The notes beneath the pieces were generated by a model that was not told the DNA's origin, made no database searches, and saw nothing but the letters and a program-made list of their open reading frames with translations. The position numbers and the translations under genes were made by a program. Below are positions 1 through 12,735 of a stretch of 64,000 nt of DNA, piece after piece (positions within the stretch are counted from its first letter, which is position 1; each line of letters begins with the position of its first letter). The stretch is taken from the NCBI GenBank assembly GCA_951406725.2, contig OX597825.1, positions 6,572,001 to 6,636,000 on the forward strand. Direction: 5' to 3'. Source of the stretch: Octopus vulgaris (taxonomy: Eukaryota).

Positions 1-14
1 ATATATATATATAT

Positions 15-245
15 ATATACTTTATTTAAAAACAGCAGAAATATAACAAAAGCTGTTACTTGGAGTTTCATGTTCCCATTCATTGGACAGTTTTGTTGAA
101 ATAGAACAAAACTGTCCAAGGAACGGGAATGTGAAACTCTGAGTAACAGCTTTTGTTATATTTCTGCTGTTTTTAAATAAAGTATATTACTCTACCTCTG
201 GTATTTGAGTACTCTTTTCCACCTTGTTTATGTGCTTACTCCAGT
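15..245. mobile_element. Fold-back element (~83-bp inverted arms, 7-nt loop, one-sided tail) with degenerate hammerhead motif; probable non-autonomous Penelope-like derivative
   Basis: 15-97 is the near reverse complement of 105-187. The right arm reads CTGT-CCAAGGA-ACG GGAA TGT-GAAA-CTCTGAG-TA-ACAG, a hammerhead layout with a mutated core. Unpaired extension at 188-245. Confidence 0.6.
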
Positions 246-256
246 ATATATATATA

Positions 257-298
<42 letters not shown>

Positions 299-451
299 TA
301 TTTAGCTGAAGCAACAGAGTGATTCAAGGTCTAAGAATTTCATGCGTAGCTTCTGCTAAATATTAATAAAAATATATATACTAATGTTTTGATTTCTATT
401 TTTCCTGTTTGCATCACCAAATCTATAGAAATATATATATATATATATATT

Positions 452-600
452 GTTTTTAAATGTTGGCACAAGGCCAGCCAGTTCTGGGGAGAGGGTAAAT
501 CAATTACATCAACCCCAGTGTCCAACTGGTACTTGTTTTATTGAGCCTGAAAGAATAAAAGGCAATGTCGACCTTGGTGGAATTCGAGCTCAGAAAGTGA
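452..600 (-). mobile_element. SINE family A fragment (tRNA-derived, Meta-like central domain)
   Basis: Matches the intact copy at 31603-31835 (ccccagtg...ggtactt...gaaag...aaggcaa.gtcgacct...ggaatt.ga.ctcagaa). Confidence 0.8.
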
Positions 601-636
601 AAATGGATGACATGCCACTAAACCTATATATATATA

Positions 637-941
637 TATAAAATAATTATAAATAAGGGCAAAAGAAAAGAAAATTTCTATGCCAATATGCTGAGAAATA
701 GATCTTAGATCGGCAGTCACCACATACAATATACATCACTATAAATACATTGTGCTGAAATCTAGGAAACCAGAATTTTTTTTAAATGCGTTATCGCTGT
801 CAGCTTACTATCCTTGATTCAACATGATGTGTATTCATAGTGATGTATATTGTAACGTGGTGATTGACGATTTAAAGTCTATTTCTCAACATATTGGTAT
901 AGAAATTTTTTTTCTGTTGCCCTTATTTATAATTGTTTATA
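637..941. repeat. Long imperfect inverted repeat (~130-bp arms, ~45-bp spacer)
   Basis: 637-766 (ataaataagggcaaaag...tttctatgccaatatgctgagaaatag) is the reverse complement of 811-941 (ctatttctcaacatattggtatagaaa...gcccttatttat). Confidence 0.85.
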
Positions 942-1016
942 ATTTTCACCTTTAAAGGTATTTTAATAAGTTGGTCACTTGATGAAATTTTTGGAGAACA
1001 TTTTCTTCTATATTAG

Positions 1017-1047
<31 letters not shown>

Positions 1048-2427
1048 ATGTTATATTCACTCAAATGAATAATGGTGTTATGCCAATAAGAGAAATCAGT
1101 ACATCAGCCTTCTCTTCCTCTCCATCATCATCATCACTACCCTCAATGACTATGATGTATGTTGGTTTCATTTAGTAAAATTCTCCAAGCATAATTAGAG
1201 AGTGGACAGTCATGAAAGTGAGACTATGAAAGGACTTAATGTTTCTTAGAAGCCCAGATTAAGACTTGTTTGTGGGGATCTTCCCATCAAGGGCTGGCCC
1301 AAAGGATAACCATACTTCAAAGGCCTTTCAGTATTAATCTTATTAATGGAGGTTATCAAGTTTACATTCAATATGCCAGCTACCTGTTCCCTCCAGGGGC
1401 CGAGATAAAGTGTTTTTACTAAGAAGTCTTGCATGCTGTGTAAATTGTAATTCAATCAAGTTGGTTTTACAAGGAGAAGAAGAAGAACAACAACTGTGAT
1501 GACTAGTTTTGCTGAAAGAAACCACATACAAGAGTTTATGACATGAACCAGTGAAGGTGTGGGTCTGCAGTTGTATGTGTGCAATTGTGCAGCTGCAAGC
1601 ACAGTGGCACTCACTTTGTGAATAAAGGTGTTGGGACATATGAGATAAAATTAGTGGCATGGAAGTTGAATAGTGTTTTAAAAAGAGGGGGAAAATAATT
1701 AATTAATACAGGGTGGGGTATGAGTGCCAGTGTAGAAGAAAAGATGGAGTAGCAGTAGCAGCAGCAGCAGCAACACCACAGCAGCAGCAGCAGTAGCGGC
1801 AGCAATGGTTGCACAATATTCAGAAAGTAAAATTAGACATCTACAGGCCAGTTGTTGAAATTAAATGAAGAGCTCAAACTAATGCAACTATGTGGCAGAT
1901 ATTAAAAGCAAATTTAATTATAACAATAAACACATCAAAAGAAACATAAACAATCAAGGAACAAGATGGAAACGGCAGAAAGTACTGGAAGACTTAGTCC
2001 TTTGAATTTAAAGATCAACTTTCGAAGAACTAAAATCAAATGAAGCTTTGTTTTTGTATAATTACATTTTCGGTTGCATTAGTTACCGCTTCAGTAAATT
2101 AGAGCTCTTGTTGCTAGTAATTATATGGTTTTCACAAACTTTCATTGTATCACATGGTTTATTTTCTGATTTCAATGTTTAGTTCATCGTATAATTAATA
2201 CTCGCTAGCCTAACGAAATTTAATGATCCTCTACCCTCACAAAATTGAAGCAATAAACATCCTTTAAAAATAACAATTTGTTCTTTATTTTGACTCTTTA
2301 AAAGGCTCAAAAGATTTTTCTTTCTGCTTTCGTATTTATGTATATCTAATGAGAGAGAACGGCTGGCAGATAGAGATAGATAGATAGAGATAGATAGATA
2401 GTTAGATAGATAGATAGAAAGGTAGGT

Positions 2428-2459
<32 letters not shown>

Positions 2460-3118
2460 GGGGAATTCTTGTTATTTTGTTATGCAGGTTTTCTTATCAG
2501 TCAATTAACGAAATAAAATGCTTGTTTTGAAAGTATTTATGCTGGTTTTATATTTATATTTTAATACATACATCTCTGCTGAACACTAAAAATATTCTCA
2601 TTCACAAATATAAAGTTATAAATTTTTAATCCAATTCTTGCTTGTATCGAAAAACAGGCTGAAAAATGATGATGAGGAAAATGCTAATGAGACGAAAAAA
2701 GGTATTAACTGCAATAATTTAATCACTAAGAGTTCAATACAATTGATCTCTTATTAGGATTTTCAGCTATTTCGTGATTACAGATCATAGACTTTTTTTG
2801 TGTGTAAATTGGTGAGATTCTTTATATGAAAGACATTTTGAAGTCTAAAATTCTAGATTTTTCTGGCTCCAATGCAGACATGTGTAAAATAAAAATTCTT
2901 TGTGAGCTTACAGACAAATACCATATTTCTTAAGGGTAATAATTTATACAATTTATCTCTTTTTAAAAATAGTTCCATTAAATCAATTTGCATTACAGAA
3001 AGACAAGGTCAAGTTGGTGTTTCTTGGGAATTGGTGATTCAGTTCTTGGAGTTCTCCATAAAAATCAACAGCAAATACTTTTCTGTGAAAATTGCTTCCC
3101 AGATAATCGTTAATATAT

Positions 3119-3332
3119 TGGTTTCAAATTTTGGCACAAAGCCAGCAATTTGGGAGAAGGGGGAAGTCAATTACATCACCCCCAGTATCCAGCTAGTACT
3201 TATTTTATAAATCTTGAAAGGATGAAAGGCAAAGTTGACCACAGCAGAATTTGAACTCAGACATAAAGACGGAGAGAATGCTACAAAGCATTTTGCCCAG
3301 CCTGCTGATGATTCTGCCAGTTTGCCGCCTAA
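3119..3332 (-). mobile_element. SINE family A
   Basis: Full-length similarity to 31603-31835; tRNA-like head (ggcggc..actggcagaa) at the right end. Confidence 0.85.
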
Positions 3333-3435
3333 GTATTATAATTATATTAAGGTCTATATTAATTAATAAGTCATTTCTAAGGAAATGTTATATAACAATA
3401 GTACTTCATATGAAATATCAATAGTTGGGAATAAA

Positions 3436-3658
3436 TCAACCCTTTCATTACCAACCTGGCTGAAACTGGCTCTGTAGTACAAATGTCTTGTTTTCATAAG
3501 TTTTGAATTAAAATCTTCCACCAAACCTTAGTCACAATTTATGTTCCTAACACTAGCTTAATGGTAACCAAGTTATTTTACTAAATTCTTTGTTATATTT
3601 AATGTAATTGAAAGAAACACAGAGCATCTCAACAGAAATACAGTAACGAAAGGGTTAA
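3436..3658 (+). mobile_element. piggyBac-type MITE family P1
   Basis: TCAA-CCCTTTC...GAAAGGG-TTAA termini; internal sequence shared with 3802-4031 and 42844-43071. Confidence 0.85.
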
Positions 3659-3801
3659 GAAGAAAAATAGTCAGCAGAAGACATGAAAAAAAGGAAACCT
3701 CAATGTGGTCACTCTATATGCTAGAAATAGTAGCCTAAATTTCCTTCAAGCCACACCCTTCCAACTGCTTCTAATGTACATCAGCCCAAATGTAGATGTG
3801 T

Positions 3802-4031
3802 TTAACCCTTTCGATACCAACCCAGCTGAAACCGGCTCTGGCTCTGTAATACAACTATTTTGCTTTCATAAGTTTTGAATTAAAATTTTTCACCAAACCT
3901 TAGTCACAATTTATGTTCCTAACACTAGCTTAATGATAACTAAGTTATTTTACTAAATTCTTTGTTATATTTAAAATTAATTGAAAGAAACACAGAGCAA
4001 CTCAAAATAAATACAGTAACAAAAGAGTTAA
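3802..4031 (+). mobile_element. piggyBac-type MITE family P1
   Basis: TTAA-CCCTTTCG...AAAAGAG-TTAA; same internal sequence (ccaaaccttagtcacaatttatgttcctaacactagc). Confidence 0.85.
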
Positions 4032-4445
4032 AGTGATAACACTTACACATAAATAAACTAAATAACTATAGCATAGCAAAATTAATATCCGATGCCAATT
4101 GCATGGTATTTCATTGGTTTGATTCAATGCCAAACATGAAGAGTAAAAGTGATGATTTTTTCCAAAAGTGAATAGAGTTGAAAACTTTTTGAATATTTCT
4201 CTTGCAAAAGAAGTCAGACACAATACTACACCATTCTCATAACTGAAAAACTCCTCAATTATTTACTTTTGCAATTAGATTTCAATATAATGAAGGTGGG
4301 GAGGGATTGTCTTTCTTTACATTTTTCTAAAATGCAAAGAAAGGGAATGGGTGGGAGGTGGGGCAAACTAAAAGGAATTAGAATGATTTTTAGTATAAAT
4401 ATAATGAGGATATAATAAGCTGTATACAGTAACATACAGTAGTGA

Positions 4446-4635
4446 AGGCACATGGCTTAATGGTTAGAGCATTGAGCTCTCAATTGTGAGGTAGTGAGAT
4501 CGATTCCTGGATCAGGCTGAAAGTTGTGTTCTTGAGCAAGACACTTTGTTTCATGTTGCTCCAGTTCACTCAGCTATAGAAATGAGCTGCAACATCACTG
4601 GTACCATGCTGTATCAGCCTTTTCCTTGGGTAACA
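4446..4635 (+). mobile_element. SINE family C, 5' part (tRNA head + V-like domain)
   Basis: tggcttaatggttagagc A-box, tcgattcc B-box, then gttgtgttcttgagcaagacactt; matches 37223-37560. Confidence 0.8.
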
Positions 4636-4646
4636 TGTGTGTGTGA

Positions 4647-4800
4647 CAGGCTTCTTTCAGTTTCCATCTGCCAAATCCACTCACAAGGCTTCGTCAGCCT
4701 GAGGTTATAGTAGAAGACACTTGCCCAAGGTGCTACATCGTGGGACTGAGCCTGGAACCATGTAGTAGGTAAGCAAGCTACTTACCACACAGCCACTCCT
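4647..4800 (-). mobile_element. SINE family B, 5' part
   Basis: Reverse complement of aggagtggctgtgtggtaagtagcttgc...ccttgggcaagtgtcttctac. Confidence 0.8.
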
Positions 4801-5476
4801 GTTGAGACAGGGAATATTTCTACACCCAGATACCCTTCCTGTTGCTGTGCCTCCCTTGTTAAACAACAATCCACACATCTATCAAACAATCAACAATACA
4901 GACGTAGTTACAGAATAAACTGGAAACAAACAGCAACATTTGAACAGAGATATATGGTTTTTTCTTTTATTGTACATGTTTCTTTACATTTCCTGACATG
5001 TTGCATAATGTTTGTTTATGTCTTTGCAAACACTGGGCACCGTGACATGTCAAGAAGCCCGAAGTTGCTTCCCCAGTTGGCTGCAAGCAAATCATATTGC
5101 CTGTGTTGAAAGGGAGGCTGTTTGTGTACAGTTAGCAAACACATGTTAAACGAAGGGAAAACAAACTCACTTCTCACACGTATGCACGTGCACACAAACA
5201 CACACACGTAGACACAGAGGACAAGTGTCTTCAGATTCTGTCAACCAATTTCATTCTTAAGCTATCGGCTGACCCATGGCTATATTATAGAATGTTAGCC
5301 AAAAACGTTCATGTAGTGAAAATGAATCCAGAACCATTTGATTCTCAAGTGAACTTTTTAACCACTACACCTATATATAACCCTAAGACAATTTACGTTC
5401 ATCTCTATATATATGAGTTCAATCTCTACTAAGGTTAACTTCACTTTTCAATCCTCTAGGGTCAATTCATCACCAC

Positions 5477-5515
<39 letters not shown>

Positions 5516-5519
5516 GATT

Positions 5520-5675
5520 AAGGCAGCCAGCTGGCAGTAATTGTTAGCATGCTGATTGAAATGCTTAGTGGGGTCAATAAAATAAGTAACAGTTGAGTAC
5601 TGGGGTTGATGTAATTGACTATCCCCGTGCCCCAAATTTCAGGCCTTGTGCCTATAGTAGAAAGGATTATTATTG

Positions 5676-5717
<42 letters not shown>

Positions 5718-5920
5718 TTATTAAGATAGTGAGCTGGGCAAAATGCTTAGCAGCATTTTATCTGTCTTAATGTTCTGAGTTCAAATTCTGCCGGGATCAA
5801 CATTGCCTTTCATCCTTTCTGGGTTGATAAGTTAAGGACCACTAAACACTGTGGTTAATGTAATCAACTATCCCTGTTCCCACCAAATTTCAGGCCTTGT
5901 ATCTATAGCAGAAAGGATTA
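5520..5920 (+). mobile_element. Two tandem SINE family A copies separated by (ATT)n
   Basis: Heads at ~5520 and ~5722; both end in caggccttgt..ctatag.agaaaggattattatt. Confidence 0.75.
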
Positions 5921-6050
5921 TTATCATCATCATTACTAGAATGGTGGAGGGGCATAAAGAGCTAAAATTATTTAGATTCATCTCCAATGTTCTGAGTTCA
6001 ATATCTATGAAAGTTAACTTTTCTTTTTTATTATATTGGGTCAATAAAAA

Positions 6051-6222
6051 TGTTTTCATAAGTTTTGAATTAAAATCTTCCGCCAAACCTTAGTCACAAT
6101 TTATGTTCCTAACACTAGCTGAATGATAACTAAGTTATTTTACTAAATTCTTTTGTTTTATTTAAAATTAATTAAAAGAAACACAGAACATCTCAAAATA
6201 AGTACAGTAACGAAAGGGTTAA
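6051..6222 (+). mobile_element. piggyBac-type MITE P1, 5'-truncated
   Basis: Internal P1 sequence ending CGAAAGGG-TTAA. Confidence 0.8.
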
Positions 6223-6816
6223 CATGGTAGGGTGTGATCTGGAGCACACAAGAATGGCTGTGAAATTGTAAAGTTTGCTTCACAATTGTGTCAACTTGGG
6301 CAGATACTTTGTAAATAAATTAGACTTGGTTCAATCAAGTGAAATTTGGTAAATAGAAACTCTGTGGAATCTTGTTGGCTCAATCAGTTTTGTTTAAATT
6401 TAATCAAAACAAATGGTGGTGGTGGTGGTGGGGGGTATTTTAGTAATAATTATACTAATGAAAGAATTAAGGTCGTTTAATGGGACTTCATAAGGATCTA
6501 AAGTCTGTCAAACTTTAAAATGACCAAGTAGACTAGAAGACAACAGTTCAGCAAAGAGACCAATAGAATAAGTACTAGGCTTACAAAAACAAGTCCAAGG
6601 AATGATTTGTTTGACTAAAAGTGGTACTCCAGCATGGCCACAGTCAATTATTGGCAAAACAATCTTCAAATGTTTTTCAAGGAAGGGTCAACAAAATCAT
6701 TCATTGAGTCTGGGAGATAAAGATCAAAGCTAATTCTGGCAGCATTTTAACTGAGGATATAGAAACCAAATTAAATATACACCTACTCGAATGATTTATA
6801 AATCTTATACATATAG

Positions 6817-7205
6817 ACACAGGTGTGGCTGTGTGGTAAGAAGCTTGCTTTCCAACCACATGGCTCTAAATTCAGTCCCACTGCATGGCACCTTGGGCAA
6901 GTGTCTTCTACTATAGCCTTGTGAGTGTATTTGGTAGACGAAAACTGAAAGAGGCTCATCATATATATGTATGTGTGTATATATATAGATATATATGTAT
7001 GTATTTGTTAGCTGTGTTTGTCCTCCTACCATCGCTTGACAACCAATGCTGGTGTGTTTACGTCACCGTCACTTAGCAGTTCAGTAAAAAGAGACCGATA
7101 GAATAAGTACTAGGCTTACAAAGAACAATTCCTAGGTTCGATTTGTCTGACTAAAGGTGGTGCTCCAGCATGGCCACATTCAAATGACTGAAACACGTAA
7201 AAGAC
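6817..7205 (+). mobile_element. SINE family B with internal (TA/TG) microsatellite
   Basis: tRNA-like head, ccttgggcaagtg core, tail ggtgctccagcatggcc...aaatgactgaaac; homologous to 23252-23640 and 29417-29818. Confidence 0.85.
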
Positions 7206-8369
7206 TATCCATAAAAGAAAGCAGCAGTAGTAGTAGTAGCAGTGGTGGTGGGGGGAGTATAGTTGATTAAATTGCTCCTTGTGCTTTACTGATGATACTT
7301 AATCCTTCACCCAGTTTAATCCTACCGCTTGGGATTAGGGTATCTTTATCAGATGGCACTCTATTGTAAGTATTTGGACTAAGTCTCCAACTTCCACCAG
7401 TCTTAAATGGCTGGAAAACTCATGGTTGCTGTTCTTCATTTTCTGACTAATTGATGTAAAAATATAAAAATAAAACACGAATAATATATATTTTTCTTGC
7501 ATTTAATCAAATACATCTGCACTTAAGTAAAATAAAAGAAGTATGTTATTTTAGCAAAATACATTGGGGATGGAAAAATCAGCCCTATAAATTTTATTTA
7601 TTTGAAATAACAACTTGAGCTATTAAATAAACAGTGTGAGGGGACATTTTACAAGTGGCTCACTTTCATGCATCGAGTCTTTTCATGCAGACAATCCGAA
7701 TAATCCGTTGGTTTTACGGTTTTATTTTATTCGTTGGTTATGCAGGTTTAAAAATGTTTGATCACTTCTGTGTTTTTATTGGCGGAATTATCGGAAAATG
7801 TTAATAGATTTTAAAAAGCTAAAGAATCCTCCTCCCCACCAGAAACGATTGTAAACATGCAGGATATGGGAAATATATTATGATGGGTGATATTTATTGA
7901 GTTCCATGAAAGGAAAGAAACAGTCAATAACAATGTGTTTCAGGCAACTAGTGACTAAGGTTTACAAGTATGACTATCCTCAGCTGAATAATAAAACATG
8001 TATTACGGTATATTAGAAGTGTGTACGTTTTAAGTTAGTAAATTGAAAGCAAAGTATAGTCAAATGAATTTTGCTACATAAATGGTTTTCATCACAAATG
8101 AAAAAAAAAAAAAATCCCTGATATCTGTGCAATAAATATTGATTTCCTTGTTATTAAACACAACAAGGAAAATTAATTTGTTGGAATGGGAAAACTTTCC
8201 AAAGAAGCTGAATAAACAAATATGGTCTTTTTTTTTGTTTTTGTTTTTGGTTTTGTTTTTCTTTTGTCTCGAACTTAAATGAAAAATTATTAACAAAAGC
8301 TGTGTTATAAATACTTATTGTCGATTCAGTAATTATATAGCATTTCAATATCTCTCCATTTATCTTGAT

Positions 8370-8630
8370 TATGCACACACATATACATACATATGTATAT
8401 ATACATATATTATACATATATGTGTATATACATATATTATACATATGTGTATATACATACATTATACATGTGTATATACATACATATGTATATATATATA
8501 TATACACATACACACACATGTATTATACATACATATATATATACATATGTGTATATATATAAATATATATATATAAATATATATAAATATATATATATAT
8601 ATATAAATATATATAAATATATATAAATAT

Positions 8631-8681
<51 letters not shown>

Positions 8682-8686
8682 TAGAT

Positions 8687-8743
<57 letters not shown>

Positions 8744-8800
8744 TAAAAATACATATATACACACACACATATATACACATGTATATATGTATGTATGTAT
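8370..8800. repeat. Compound (TA)n/(CA)n microsatellite
   Basis: Seen directly; source of several spurious YI-rich ORFs. Confidence 0.95.
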
Positions 8801-9465
8801 GTTTAAGGAAACTATAAAACAGAAGTGAGGGTAAAAAAGAATCAACTCCAAAACTACAAACAACTCATTAAAATTTAATCTAGCTTTTGGCAATCACTGC
8901 CTCCTGAGTGTCATTCATACAAAGAATATTCCGTTGTCAAATATTTTATTAATTTTCATTGATAAATGTTAGACTACATCCACAATAAAAATCTTCTATG
9001 ATTTGTACTCTACTTATAGAATTGTTTTAGTTTACAAATCAACATTTTTCATTGTTATTGTGGCAGGTTAATGCAAATCTCTTAACCAAATTTCATTTCA
9101 AAGTTGGACTGTTTTAACTAATGTCTTTAGACGAAATATAACTTGTCAGTCACAACTTCCTTCCATTGTAATTCTATGAGTAATTGAGAAATCATTAAGA
9201 ATATTTACAGCTTCATGATATAGAGGTAAATAATTTGGTGAAATATAGTTAAGTTAATTTTAAAACATACCAGCACAATGTCAATTCTTAGCAGCAGGAA
9301 GATTAGATTTTGAACCAGAGTAAGAAATGGAAACCATACATAATTTTCAGCCTCATTAGTTTTTATGAAGGGGAAAATATTACTGAGTTCAACAATATTT
9401 ATTTTTGCCAATATTTCCCAAAAAAATTTGTTGGAACCATTGGTTGTTTTTAATTGAATATTCTT

Positions 9466-9692
9466 ACTCCACCAAATCATTCACATCTTCTCACTGAATG
9501 TGAGTAGCCATAGGTGGCCCTTCTACAATAAGAAACTTGCTCTGACCCCTCTTCTCATAATTTAACCCCTCATATCTCTTTGCAACTCCACCAGATCATT
9601 CACATCTTCTCCCTGAATGTGAGTAGCCACAAGTGGCCCCTCTACAACAAGAAACCTGCTCTGACCCCTCTTCTCATAATTTAACCCCTCAT
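9466..9692. repeat. Direct tandem duplication, 119-bp period
   Basis: actccacca.atcattcacatcttctc.ctgaatgtgagtagcca...ttaacccctcat starts at 9466 and again at 9585. Confidence 0.9.
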
Positions 9693-9899
9693 TTCCTACC
9701 CTTAAGTCCACCCTGTCACCTCAGGGTACATACAATTGCAAGCTGCATGGTGACCTCACTAGTAGCGGTGATATAAAAAATGCATCCTGAACAGTGTAAA
9801 GTAGTTGTTGTTCTGAAGTGCATCCTGCTGTAGAAGCCATGCCAAAGCTGATATTAGAGCAAGAAGAAGTCCTGGGACTAAGATCAAGAAAATAGCATC

Positions 9900-11010
9900 A
9901 TTTACTCTTTTCTAGTAATATTGCAAAAACCCCAAAGAAAACTAACCCTTACACAAACTACAATATTAATAAGGAAGCAAAGCAATTAGCATTGGTTATT
10001 AAATTAGATGACAAAATTGAAAGCTTAGCTTCAAGCAGTCATCACTACCAAGATTAATTTAAAAGACCATAAATCAAATAAATGCAGACTTACCAGTCTA
10101 AAAATGGATTAGGTAAAGTTAATAGAGTCATTTGTGGCAATCAATGACAAAATTATTTTTTCAGAGAGAAGCAAAATGTCTATCAATTTGGCAAGATTTA
10201 ATATTTTTTGAAGTCTTGACCTAAGAATTATTGTGAGAACTAAAACTAGTATTGTCAGCCTTTTAGATGTTATTCTAAAGCTAGCATTTAACATTTACAG
10301 TCCTAGAAAACAATGAGATATAATGATACATTCACCTAATATTCTGAAAAACTTACCCAGAAGCATTAAAGGATTTCTAAAATATCATGTAATGAAAAGA
10401 TTTTAAACCACGCTACTATATTTTACAATGAGGCTCTGAGCAGAAGTGGCTTCAATGATAGAATAGAGTATTATTTCTTCACAAGGATCTCCTAATACTA
10501 GAAATACCAGGAAAAGTGATATATATTCCCACTTTCAGTTTAAACATCAGATTTAATCTGGCCTGATCCTTTTGAAACTGAGTTAATCAACACTTCCCTT
10601 GTAGTCTTAAGTAACGCAAAATTTTTAACAGATATAACATCAAAGTAAGTTACAGTAGCACGGATATTTTCCCCTCTTCTTTAAAAGAAATTACTCTTCT
10701 TCCTACAAATGATACCTCATTTCAGTGTAACTGTCTTAACACGAGGACATGCCTTGTATACAGTAAAGGCCTACAGAAAAGTGTTGCTTTCAACAATAAC
10801 GACAATGACACAGAATGCTATATAAGCCTTACTAAAAACTCATTGAAATCTAGATATAATCAACTTAGGCACATGCTTAGACATGAAAATAAAACATTAG
10901 AAATGAAACTTCTAAAATATGTCTGAAGTTTAAGAACAAAGGCTTTCCCAACTATAAAATTAAATGGTCTGCTGTCAAATCATCTCTGACTTGCAACTAA
11001 TTATCAAAAA
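9900..11010 (+). mobile_element. Decayed Penelope-like element (Neptune-type RT and GIY-YIG remnants)
   Basis: Broken frames give INKEAKQLA..IKLDDKIESLA, LKDHK..KCRL, FLDV.L, YNEAL.RSGF, HFP...KIFNRYNIKVSYS and YISLT..LKSRYNQ, which are motifs typical of Neptune PLEs; many stops and frameshifts. Confidence 0.7.
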
Positions 11011-11994
11011 AATTCATTATATTTACACTTCTCAATCAATTAGATTCTAAATTGTAGTCGATTTCTGTATATCCCTATGGAAGCAAGTCCTAAAATTCCT
11101 CAAGCTACCTGCTGGAACCTGTCATGTGTCTTTTAACCTTCACTCATTCATATTGACAAAGTCCCTGTTTTTACATAAATCCCCTTTTATGGGAAGAATT
11201 TATCTCCAGTTTCATTCACTTATAGGTTTATATGGTTAAGATGTTTCTGGAACAAAGTTCTCAACCATACTACCATGCATGCACCTAAATTTGTATGCGC
11301 AAATTAATATGTAAATATATATATATATACGTTATGCAGGTGTTTAAAGTTAGAGGTGTTTAAAGCTGCTGAGGGATAGATATAGCCAAAGGCACTCCTG
11401 GTAATTATCTCAGTAGGTATAGTCCTTGGTAAAAGGTATATGGCGGCAGGTAATTTTAGTGGGAAAACCATAGTTTAATTTATATAACCGTAGTTAATTT
11501 ATATATTTTCTATATATACATATATATGTGTGTGTGTGTGTGTGTGAGTCTGTAGGTATGCATATTTGTGTATGTGTGCATGTGTTGAGAGAGAGAGAGA
11601 GAGAGAGAGAGGGGAAAGAGAGCAAGAGCGAAATATGTGTGTATGTACATGCATTTTTTAAAACTGCATTTTACTTTCCCTCAAAAACTAGTCTATCATT
11701 GGCCTTTGAAAAAGATGCATACTCCATGTGACCTGCTCAAACTTTGATTTCTAACTGACCATTCTAGAAAGAAATTATAATTTATTGTATATAAGAAACA
11801 AGATCCCAGACTTGGAATCAGTTTGATAAATGTCATGCATGAACTCTTGGCCCTGGAGTCACTTTTGTAATTTTCCATTGATTGAAGATTATAAAAATGT
11901 ATATATATACTCATGTATTATTAAGTTCTATTTTGCTTGTTTCTTCTACTAAATATATATATTCACCTGTCTGTCTGTCTGCATGTATATAATC

Positions 11995-12148
11995 ATCATC
12001 ATAATTATTTAACATCCGCTTTTCATGCTGGCATGGGTTGAACAGTTTGACAGAAGCTGGCTAGGCAGAAGACTGCACCAAGCTTCACTATTTTGACATA
12101 GTTTTTTTTATGGTTAGATGCCCTTCCTAACACCAATCACCTTACAGA

Positions 12149-12150
<2 letters not shown>
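11995..12150 (-). mobile_element. SINE family D, 3' fragment
   Basis: tttaacatccgcttttcatgctggcatgggttg...gatgcccttcctaacaccaa. Confidence 0.7.
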
Positions 12151-12209
<59 letters not shown>

Positions 12210-12210
12210 T

Positions 12211-12248
<38 letters not shown>

Positions 12249-12399
12249 CCATCTTTCTACCTTTCAATTTACACATATCTATCTATTGATAGGTCTTTTC
12301 ATCTGTCTCTCTACTCTGATAATATTGTGAAACATTATTAAAACCTCTAATAATGAAGTCTTGTTATTTATTATCTGCCACTCTATTCCTTCCATTTAA

Positions 12400-12735
12400 C
12401 TGTACAGACGTTTTATTCATACATAAACACAAATGAAGAAACTTCCTGTTGTGAATGATGAAAAGTGGAATGGTTATTGGGAGGTGGCTTCAGATTTACC
12501 AGAGTGCCAAGGATTCTTCCCCATTCCAGTAAGAAAGAAACCAGATATTATCATAGGGTGTGAAAGGAAGAAAGTAGTAAATCTAATTGAGTCAATGGTT
12601 CCTCATGGAGATAACATGGATGCTGCTCAGGCTTGAAAGACTGACCATTATAAAAAACCTCCTCAAGGAATGTGAAGATGCAGAGAGGAAAGCAGAGCAT
12701 TTTCCAATCAGAGTTGGTCATAGAGAATTCAGATT
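12400..12735 (+). pseudogene. Decayed restriction-like endonuclease domain of a Hero/NeSL-type non-LTR retrotransposon
   Basis: ORFs 12433-12636 and 12587-12805 give KKPDIII..KKVVNLIESMVP..DNMDAA and LLKECED..KAEHFPIRVGHREF, matching the PD...IELTVP...P.EVG.RGF pattern. Confidence 0.65.

Noticed and set aside
8060-8893. Many overlapping YI/CV-rich ORFs
   Set aside because: Translations of (TA)n/(CA)n microsatellite; the same applies at 36116-36708, 45497-45992 and 57722-58270.
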